This document shows positions 28,563 to 35,278 of a stretch of DNA of 40,551 bases, piece after piece; position 1 is the first letter of the stretch; each line of letters begins with the position of its first letter. Both the position numbers and the translations under genes were made by a program. Below the pieces are notes generated by a model. The model worked only from the letters and a program-made list of their open reading frames with translations, was not told the origin of the DNA and did no database searches. The DNA is from Treponema sp. (lineage in GTDB: Bacteria; Spirochaetota; Spirochaetia; Treponematales; Breznakiellaceae): contig JAIRNJ010000093.1 of assembly GCA_031258115.1 (NCBI GenBank), forward strand, positions 1-40,551. The letters run 5' to 3'.

Positions 28563-28571
28563 GGGGAAGCT

Positions 28572-28796
28572 ATGTCAAAAGCGCACAGGGGAAAAGGTAT
28601 CCGGGAACTGGCTTTCCATGGCCGGGGAGAATGCCCGGTTTGCAAGAGGACCAATATAAAGATTCTCTATGAACAGGAGTCCGGCGGAGTGAAGATAAAG
28701 ATCTGTAAGACCTGCAGGGCCGCGGTAAAACACGGCAAGAAGAGCCTGCCGGTAATTGCCGCCGCGGAGAAACCCGCCGAAGCAGCCGCTACCTGA
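28572..28796 (+). CDS. Hypothetical 74-aa zinc-ribbon protein appended to the alpha operon
   Basis: ATG lies 10 nt after the rplQ stop. Has CPVC...CKTC (four Cys), a basic body and an Ala/Glu-rich tail. No family recognised. Confidence 0.55.
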   Translation: MSKAHRGKGIRELAFHGRGECPVCKRTNIKILYEQESGGVKIKICKTCRAAVKHGKKSLPVIAAAEKPAEAAAT

Positions 28797-28800
28797 GAAA

Positions 28801-28835
28801 GCGCTGATTTATTCGGGCGAATAAATCAGCGTTTC
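28801..28835. terminator. PAL-1 copy b: bidirectional terminator between the zinc-ribbon ORF and relA
   Basis: CGCTGATTTATTCG 28802-28815 / CGAATAAATCAGCG 28818-28831. Flanked by GAAA on the left and TTTC on the right. Confidence 0.75.
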
Positions 28836-28877
28836 TAATATGTGAACCAAGGGCCCGGGGCCGTCCATGAACAGGCC

Positions 28878-31046
28878 CTAATTCAAATTCTGAATGCTGT
28901 AGACGGCGGGTATGCCGCGGATGTTTTTCATTACTGCCTTGAGATCGGCGGCGTCTTCGAGCTGAACGGTAAAAAAACCGGTCAGGCGGTTGGGGGCGGT
29001 TTCTTCGAGGCGGCCTTCGATGAGGTGGCCCTGCCGTTTGCGTACCGCTCCTTCAATCTCCGAAAAGAGGTCGGCCGACATTTTTGCCTCAATCTTGAAG
29101 CGTTTGACCAGGGCCTGTGTGTTTTCCCACTGGGTTTCAATCTTGCGCTCTTCGAAGTCGGGGATGTTGGCAATGTTGCTGCAATTCTTCCGGTGGATGA
29201 TGATACCCCGGCCCCGTGATACATAGCCGATGATGGCGTCCCCGATGACCGGGCGGCAGCACCGGGCAAAACGGATCATCATATTTTTCTGCCGGGGGTT
29301 GGGATCGGATTCCAGCCGCACCTGGAGGATGCCCGCGCTGCCCTCAGGCTGCAGCACTCTCTGTACGGGCTGGGTTTCAGGCGGGGGCTTTGGTTCCGGT
29401 TCGGGAACGGTTTTGGCCGCGGCGTTTTTCTTTTTTGCAACCACATTCCTGTCGATGATGATCGAATCATCGTTCTGCTCAAGCCAGGCACGGATTTTGC
29501 TGCGGGCCTTTGAGGTTTTGACCATCCTGAGCCAGTTGAGGTGGGGATGGGCGGAGGGAGAGGTGAGTATCTCTACCACCTGGGTGTTTTTCAGTTCCGA
29601 ACCGAGGGGGATTATCGCTCCGTTTGACTTGGCTCCCGAGCAGTGTTCACCCACTGCGGTATGTATGGCATAGGCAAAATCAATGGGGCTTGAGCCCGAT
29701 GGAAGTTCTATCACCTTTCCCATCGGGGTAAAAACATAGATCGAATCTTTAAGGATTTCCTGCTTGATCTCTTCCCAGAAATTTTCCGCATTGAAATCCC
29801 CCGAATCCTGTTTCCAGTCTTTGAGGCGGTTTACAATGGAAATATCAAGGGGACGAACGGTTTCGCCGGAGACGCCTTTCTTGTAGAGCCAGTGGCTGGC
29901 GATGCCGTTTTCCGCAACATGGTGCATGCCGAAGCTGCGGATCTGAATCTCCAGAATTCTGCCTTCTCCCTGATCGGAATCGCCGCCGGCAGGGTTACTG
30001 CCGGCAGTATTGCTGCTGAAAACATTGTCGGCGGAAGTGTTCCACGGTACGATTACTGTGGTGTGGAGGCTCTGGTAGCCGTTTGATTTCGGCATGGCGA
30101 TGTAGTCTTTGAAGCGGCCTTCCAGCGGTTTCCAGAGGCGGTGGACGAGTCCCAGAAGATTATAGCAGTTTTCCACGCCGTCGCAGAGCAGGCGGATGCC
30201 GAAAAGGTCAAAGAGGTCTCCGGCGGACTTGTTCCGTTTTCTCATTTTCTGGTAGATCGAGTAGAAGTGCTTTGCACGGCTGGAAACTTCCGTATTGATA
30301 CGGGCATTTTTCGCTTCCCGTTTTATATCATTCTGAACTTTTTCGAGAAACTGGTTCCGTTCATCCCGCTTTTCGGCGACGATGGTTTTTATCTGGTTAT
30401 ACGCGTCCCGGTTGATCTGTTTGAGGGAAAAATCTTCAAGCTGATCCTTGAGCCAGGATATACCGAGCCGGTCCGCCAGGGGGGCATAGACATCCAGGCA
30501 TTCCTGGGCCAGCCCCTTCCGCTCCGTTTCCGGGAAATTTTCTATGTCCTGAAGTTTTGCAAGCCGTTCGGCAAGTTTTATGATGATCACCCTGATATCG
30601 CTTGCCATGGCGAAGAGCATCTTGCGGACATGTTCCGCTTCCTGGATGGTTTTGTTTGTAGCGGAGACATCGCCGATTTTCCGAACCTCTTCCACAAGCC
30701 GCGCAACCCCTGCCCCGTAGAGTTCCGGCTCCCCTTCCTCCAGAAGCAAGGCCGCCATGACCGTTTCGGCGTCAAGGCCGAGTCTGAGGAGGATAAGGGC
30801 CGGGGACTCAATGCCGGAACGGGGAAGGAGTTTGCGGATATTTTCCTGATCCTGTTCCGAAAAGTTCTTTATAAGTTGAAGCTGTTCCAAAACTTCAGTT
30901 TTTGGAACAGCTTCCTTAGATTTAGGGGGAAAACCGGGCTTTTGGCCGGTTTTTCCAAGAGCTTGTCCAAAACTAACCGAGTTTTGGAACAAGCTCAGTT
31001 CATTCAATTCCGAAATATCAGTTTCCATTTTTCCTGCCGGATTCAC
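28878..31046 (-). CDS. relA: RelA/SpoT-homolog (p)ppGpp synthetase with a degenerate hydrolase domain
   Basis: Synthetase motifs (RAKHFYSIYQKM, YQSLHTT, EIQIRS..MH), plus TGS and C-terminal ACT-like regions. The maximal ORF starts at GTG 31046; ATG 31028 with AGGA upstream is at least as likely. Confidence 0.88.
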   Translation of the reverse strand: MNPAGKMETDISELNELSLFQNSVSFGQALGKTGQKPGFPPKSKEAVPKTEVLEQLQLIKNFSEQDQENIRKLLPRSGIESPALILLRLGLDAETVMAALLLEEGEPELYGAGVARLVEEVRKIGDVSATNKTIQEAEHVRKMLFAMASDIRVIIIKLAERLAKLQDIENFPETERKGLAQECLDVYAPLADRLGISWLKDQLEDFSLKQINRDAYNQIKTIVAEKRDERNQFLEKVQNDIKREAKNARINTEVSSRAKHFYSIYQKMRKRNKSAGDLFDLFGIRLLCDGVENCYNLLGLVHRLWKPLEGRFKDYIAMPKSNGYQSLHTTVIVPWNTSADNVFSSNTAGSNPAGGDSDQGEGRILEIQIRSFGMHHVAENGIASHWLYKKGVSGETVRPLDISIVNRLKDWKQDSGDFNAENFWEEIKQEILKDSIYVFTPMGKVIELPSGSSPIDFAYAIHTAVGEHCSGAKSNGAIIPLGSELKNTQVVEILTSPSAHPHLNWLRMVKTSKARSKIRAWLEQNDDSIIIDRNVVAKKKNAAAKTVPEPEPKPPPETQPVQRVLQPEGSAGILQVRLESDPNPRQKNMMIRFARCCRPVIGDAIIGYVSRGRGIIIHRKNCSNIANIPDFEERKIETQWENTQALVKRFKIEAKMSADLFSEIEGAVRKRQGHLIEGRLEETAPNRLTGFFTVQLEDAADLKAVMKNIRGIPAVYSIQNLN
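30879..30913. repeat. PAL-2 palindromic element, copy B (inside the relA ORF)
   Basis: AAGCTGTTCCAAAA 30879-30892 / TTTTGGAACAGCTT 30900-30913 pair 14/14. Confidence 0.85.
30928..30956. repeat. Additional hairpin between PAL-2 copies B and C
   Basis: GGAAAACCGG 30928-30937 pairs with CCGGTTTTTCC 30946-30956, with one bulge. Confidence 0.6.
30959..30996. repeat. PAL-2 palindromic element, copy C (inside the relA ORF)
   Basis: GAGCTTGTCCAAAAC 30959-30973 / GTTTTGGAACAAGCTC 30981-30996 pair 15/16. Confidence 0.85.
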
Positions 31047-31947
31047 ATGTAAGCCTGGCTCCGGTTACTCTTTCGACACCCGAAAGATCCTTATAGGTTT
31101 GTATACCGGTATAGCCCTCCCTGACAAGCAGGGCGCGTATGCTTTCCATCTGACGGGGGTCCGCCTCCAGAAGCAGTGAGCCGCCGTTTTCAAGATGCCC
31201 GGACGCTTCGTGTATGATTCTGCGGATCAGGGAAAGTCCGTCCGGGCCGCCGTCAAGGGCGATACGGGGTTCGGCCTGCACTTCCGGAGAGAGGCCTTCA
31301 ATTTCGGCCGAGGGGACATAGGGGGGGTTTGCAAGTATAAGCGAAAAGAAGGGCAGTTTCTCCGCCGCCGCGGGAAGCTGCGTGAAATTTTGTTTTATGT
31401 CCGATTCGGTTTTTGGGGGCAGGGTGAAAAGGTCGGCCTGAAAGAAGCGGACACTCTTTTCGGGAAGAAGGCGGGCGGCATTGGCCGCGGCAATTTCCAC
31501 AGCCGCGGCGGAAATGTCACAGGCATAGATCTCTATTTCCGGCGCCTCGTTCTTCAGGGCCACGGCCACGGCGCCCGAACCGGTGCAGAGTTCCAGCACG
31601 GCCGGGGATTTTTTCCCCTTCAGGTTCTCCAGGGCCGCCTCAACCAGGGTTTCCGTGTCCGGGCGGGGTACCAGTACTGCGGGGCTTACGGTAAACATGA
31701 GGGAACGGAATTCCTTGCGGCCCAGTATATAGGCCGCACTTTCTCCGCTGCGGCGGCGCTGCAGAAGCGACTGAAATTTGTGCAGATCCTTTTCATCCAG
31801 CGGCCGGGAAGCCTCGGCAATGAGCCAGACCCGGTCTTTTTGCAGCACTTCCGCCAGGAGGAGCGAGGCATCCAGAGAAGGCGTGCCGATATGGGGAATT
31901 TTTTTCAGCTCCGCCGCTGCCTGGGCAAGGGCTTCACGTATGCACAC
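31018..31947 (-). CDS. prmC: Release-factor glutamine N5-methyltransferase PrmC (HemK)
   Basis: NPPY motif (ILANPPYVPS) and SAM-binding LELCTGSGAV. Lies directly downstream of prfA. Confidence 0.9.
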   Translation of the reverse strand: MCIREALAQAAAELKKIPHIGTPSLDASLLLAEVLQKDRVWLIAEASRPLDEKDLHKFQSLLQRRRSGESAAYILGRKEFRSLMFTVSPAVLVPRPDTETLVEAALENLKGKKSPAVLELCTGSGAVAVALKNEAPEIEIYACDISAAAVEIAAANAARLLPEKSVRFFQADLFTLPPKTESDIKQNFTQLPAAAEKLPFFSLILANPPYVPSAEIEGLSPEVQAEPRIALDGGPDGLSLIRRIIHEASGHLENGGSLLLEADPRQMESIRALLVREGYTGIQTYKDLSGVERVTGARLTCESGRKNGN

Positions 31948-33018
31948 CTAACTCGCCGTGGCGCTTAACAGCTCTTCCCTGGCGGAGAGTTTCAGGGCAT
32001 CGAAGAGCTCTTCAACATATCCCTGCATGATAAGATCCAGCTTGTAGAGAGTAAGGTTGATCCTGTGGTCGGTAAGGCGGTTCTGGGGGAAGTTGTAGGT
32101 ACGTATCCGCTCGGAGCGATCCCCGCTGCCAACCTGGTTCTTCCGGGCCTCCGCCCTTTCGGAAGCGGCCTTGGCCTCTTCCATTTCATAGACCCGCGCC
32201 CTGAGTATGCGCATGGCCTTGGCCTTGTTCTTTATCTGGCTCTTCTCGTCCTGGCAGTGGACTACGATCCCCGAGGGAAGATGGGTGATCCGTACCGCCG
32301 AGTCGGTTGTGTTGACGCACTGGCCTCCGGGGCCCCCGGCGCGCATCACGTCGATCCTCAGATCTTCCGGCTTGATGTCAATTTCGGTTTCGTCCGCCTC
32401 GGGGAGAACCGCCACGGTTACCGCGGATGTATGAATGCGGCCCGATGCTTCCGTGGCGGGAACACGCTGTACCCGGTGAACGCCGCTTTCGTAGCGGAGG
32501 TTTTCGTAGACATGGCTGCCGGCGATGGAAAAGACAATCTCCTTGAGGCCGCCCAATTCCGTCTCGTTGGAACTCATGATTTCGAATTTCCAGCCCTTTG
32601 TTTCGGCAAAACGGGAATACATGCGGAAAAGATCCGCGGCAAAAAGGGCCGCCTCTTCCCCGCCGGTGCCTGCGCGGATCTCCATGATGATGTTTTTTTC
32701 ATCCAGAGGATCCCGCGGAATAAGGAGGAATTTGAGCCGATCTTCGCAATCCTGGATGCGCCCTTCCAGTTCCTTAAGCTCCTCCCTTGCCAATTCCCTC
32801 ATTTCGGCGTCTTTCTCCTCCTGAATCAGATCCCGTGTATCGTTCAACTGCCTCTCAACTGCCTGAATTTCACCCTGGGCCGAGGCGATTTCGCTGAGAT
32901 GGGAATATTCTTTCATTATCTCCCGGTATTTTTTCTGATCTTTAACCAGATCGGGATTTTCTATCTCTCCCCTGACTTCATCATAGCGCCGTAAAAGGGA
33001 AGCAAGCCGTTCGTTCAT
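31948..33018 (-). CDS. prfA: Peptide chain release factor 1
   Basis: GGQ motif ([22 protein letters not shown]) and RF1-type PAT tripeptide ([10 protein letters not shown]). Confidence 0.96.
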   Translation of the reverse strand: MNERLASLLRRYDEVRGEIENPDLVKDQKKYREIMKEYSHLSEIASAQGEIQAVERQLNDTRDLIQEEKDAEMRELAREELKELEGRIQDCEDRLKFLLIPRDPLDEKNIIMEIRAGTGGEEAALFAADLFRMYSRFAETKGWKFEIMSSNETELGGLKEIVFSIAGSHVYENLRYESGVHRVQRVPATEASGRIHTSAVTVAVLPEADETEIDIKPEDLRIDVMRAGGPGGQCVNTTDSAVRITHLPSGIVVHCQDEKSQIKNKAKAMRILRARVYEMEEAKAASERAEARKNQVGSGDRSERIRTYNFPQNRLTDHRINLTLYKLDLIMQGYVEELFDALKLSAREELLSATAS

Positions 33019-33040
33019 AGGATCCTCTGTTTATACAATA

Positions 33041-33060
33041 CTGAAAAATTCATTTTTCAG
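33041..33060. promoter_or_regulatory. 9-2-9 inverted repeat in the prfA / 33117 divergent region
   Basis: CTGAAAAAT-TC-ATTTTTCAG, 23 nt upstream of the prfA ATG. Confidence 0.3.
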
Positions 33061-33116
33061 CTAGTGTCATTTTTCCGCTAGAGGACAAATTCCTTCTTTT
33101 TTGTTACACTTACCCT

Positions 33117-33581
33117 ATGCGGTTTTTGCAGGATTTGCCGGAAAGGATGAAAGGCTTGGTCTCAAAAGTTCTTGACTTTGCCGGGAAGGCGCCGGTTTTT
33201 CTGAATAAAAACCTCTCCATGAAAACCTTTGAAGAGATTATCCGCAGCAAACACCGTTTTGTATTTTTGGGCCTTGGCGCAGCGGCGCTGCTCCTGATAG
33301 TTTTACTGATTGTTTTCGCCCTTGCCTCCGGGAAAGCTGAGGTCAAGCAGGCTGAATCCATGGAGGATGTTTTTCCCGATGCCCTGATTCAGGCCCAGGA
33401 TCTCTTTCTGCCTGAGGAACCGGATTTTCTGCCTTCCCTGATACCCGAAAGGGAGCGGCGGGAAACCTGGACGGGGGAGGATGCCGGGGAATTCTGGTAT
33501 GATCCGCTGAGGCGCGATGAAAGGCTCTGGCGGGAAAGGGCCAGGCAAACGGTAGACCGGCTTTTGGAGCGCATACCATGA
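33117..33581 (+). CDS. Hypothetical single-pass membrane protein
   Basis: One TM helix (FVFLGLGAAALLLIVLLIVFALA). Start is uncertain (ATG 33117, 33147 or 33219). Stop overlaps the next gene's start (ATGA). Confidence 0.5.
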   Translation: MRFLQDLPERMKGLVSKVLDFAGKAPVFLNKNLSMKTFEEIIRSKHRFVFLGLGAAALLLIVLLIVFALASGKAEVKQAESMEDVFPDALIQAQDLFLPEEPDFLPSLIPERERRETWTGEDAGEFWYDPLRRDERLWRERARQTVDRLLERIP

Positions 33582-34978
33582 ACAGATTGGCCGGAAGGCG
33601 TTCCGGGTTTTGGAGCCGCCTCTCCATACCTGTACTTTTCTCTTTCTTCCTGATTTTTTCCTGCAGGGGTCTGCCGAAAACCGAAGCTCCGCAGCCTGAG
33701 CCGCCTGCGGAGATTGAAGTTCCCCCTCCCCCCGCGGAAAAACAGCCCGAAGAACCTGCCCTTCCGCAAACTGCGGAGCAGGAAGAAGAGCCTTCCGTTG
33801 TTGAAGTTCCCGAAGAACCTGAAAGTTCCGAATCTTTCGCCCCCCTGCCTGAACCTCTTATCGATCTGGCCGAAGCCGGCAGCCCGGAGGAAGATCCGCC
33901 CGAAGACCCTGTTTCCGTTTCCATGCCTGAACCCGCTCTTCCTCCTCTCCTTCCTCTCCCTCCTCCCGCCCTTCCGCCGCCGCCTGAAGCGGCGCTTCCC
34001 GAAAGACCCGCGCAGGCCGGCCCTTCCCCCGCCGAAGGCAGGGCGGAGACGGAAAGAAGGCCGCCCCCGGCGGATCCCCGTCGTCTTCGGCCTGCAGAAG
34101 AGGAGCCCCCGCTTCGTATTGTCCGGGAAGAGCCTGAGACGAAACCTGTTCCCGAAGCCCCGCCGCTGCCCCGGGAAGAGATGAGTCCTGTACCCGCGGA
34201 AGCGGCCATTGAGTATTCCCGGATAGTCCGGGCAACGGCAGGGCAGCTTGTTGAGGTGCCGTTTCGGGGAACCGGCTGGGTTTACCTGGGGGAACTGGCA
34301 GGCAGATCCGGTATAAGCTACGATTCACGGCGGCTCGATCCTGAGGGGCAGAGTTTTATTTTCCGGGCCGAAAAGCCGGGTACCTATGGCTTGAAATTTT
34401 ACCGCCAGGATTTTATCCGGGACTATATTGTACATGATCATGTGCAGGTGATCGCCGGCGAGCCGCTTCGGGGCTCTGACGCGCTTGACCGGGGCAGGGT
34501 AGTCGCCAGTCCCCGCTGGCCCGAAATTGACGGTACTTCCACCGGCGTTAAAACTTCATCTCCGCCTGAGGAAGCGCCGCCTGCCGGTGAAACTGTTCCT
34601 GCGGCCCCTGTTCCCGCGGGGCGGCAGCCTGAGTTTTCCGCGGCGGAAACCGGGAGCGGAGAGAGTGAAGGGGCGGGAATTCCCCTCAATGCAGGGCCTG
34701 AAGAATTAATCTCCCGTGCCCGGGAGGAGTTTGAAGCGGGGAAAACCGCTTCCGCAATCGCCGTGCTGGATGAATTTTACAGACGCTATCCTCCGGGGAC
34801 TGATGAAACCTGGTGGCTTTACGGTCAGTTTTATGAAGCAAACAGTCCTGAAAGGGACATTAAGCGTTCCGTTGAATGTTACAGAAAGCTTGTCAATGAG
34901 TATCCGCAGAGCCGGCGTTATAACGAGGCAAAACGGCGGATAGCATATCTGGAACGGTATTATTTCAATATTCAATAA
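33578..34978 (+). CDS. Hypothetical lipoprotein with a Pro/Glu-rich linker and a TPR-like C-terminus
   Basis: Signal plus lipobox-like FLIFSC. About 170 aa of low-complexity PE-rich sequence, then a globular region ending YGQFYEANSPERDIKRSVECYRKLVNEYPQSRRYNEAKRRIAYLE. Confidence 0.65.
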   Translation: MNRLAGRRSGFWSRLSIPVLFSFFLIFSCRGLPKTEAPQPEPPAEIEVPPPPAEKQPEEPALPQTAEQEEEPSVVEVPEEPESSESFAPLPEPLIDLAEAGSPEEDPPEDPVSVSMPEPALPPLLPLPPPALPPPPEAALPERPAQAGPSPAEGRAETERRPPPADPRRLRPAEEEPPLRIVREEPETKPVPEAPPLPREEMSPVPAEAAIEYSRIVRATAGQLVEVPFRGTGWVYLGELAGRSGISYDSRRLDPEGQSFIFRAEKPGTYGLKFYRQDFIRDYIVHDHVQVIAGEPLRGSDALDRGRVVASPRWPEIDGTSTGVKTSSPPEEAPPAGETVPAAPVPAGRQPEFSAAETGSGESEGAGIPLNAGPEELISRAREEFEAGKTASAIAVLDEFYRRYPPGTDETWWLYGQFYEANSPERDIKRSVECYRKLVNEYPQSRRYNEAKRRIAYLERYYFNIQ

Positions 34979-35011
34979 TACAGCGGCAAGATTTTGCCTC
35001 GTCCCTTTAGT

Positions 35012-35044
35012 GCGGGCCTGTCGATTCGCAGGCCCGCCTTTTTC
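35012..35044 (+). terminator. Rho-independent terminator of the 33578-34978 gene
   Basis: GCGGGCCTG 35012-35020 / CAGGCCCGC 35029-35037, then CTTTTTC. Confidence 0.75.
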
Positions 35045-35047
35045 ATT

Positions 35048-35215
35048 CTAAAAATCAATGCATAATTCTTCGAGTTTTTTAAGAATACTGTCGATGGTTT
35101 TAATATCTTTGTTTTCATGGGCTGTTTTCAGGATATGCAGAATATCTCTATCCATGAATTTTATAGTACCAGAATCGATGTTGACAGTATCGCTATTTTT
35201 TTGTTCCTTTTCCAT
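35048..35215 (-). CDS. Hypothetical 55-aa acidic helical protein in an AT-rich islet (not in the ORF track)
   Basis: ATG 35215 to TAG 35048. Translates to MEKEQKNSDTVNIDSGTIKFMDRDILHILKTAHENKDIKTIDSILKKLEELCIDF. No clear RBS. Confidence 0.3.
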   Translation of the reverse strand: MEKEQKNSDTVNIDSGTIKFMDRDILHILKTAHENKDIKTIDSILKKLEELCIDF

Positions 35216-35278
35216 GTTTTCATACTAAAATTTCACCATCATGGCATCTAGAATATTCTTATAGATAATAGGAGAATA

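Noticed and set aside
30141-31052. 303-aa plus-strand ORF, together with the similar 32065-32994 ORF
   Set aside because: They are antisense to relA and prfA respectively, with no RBS or recognisable motifs.
33343-34209. 288-aa Gly/Ser/Arg-rich minus-strand ORF
   Set aside because: It is the mirror image of the Pro/Glu-rich linker of the 33578-34978 lipoprotein. CCN/GAA codons read as GGN/TTC on the other strand, so this is a low-complexity artefact.
35058-35228. 56-aa hydrophobic plus-strand ORF (possible type I toxin)
   Set aside because: It is fully antisense to the 55-aa hydrophilic ORF in AT-rich DNA. Lys/Glu/Asn codons mirror to Phe/Leu/Ser, so the hydrophobicity is expected by complementarity. 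It also has no RBS and starts right after a terminator.
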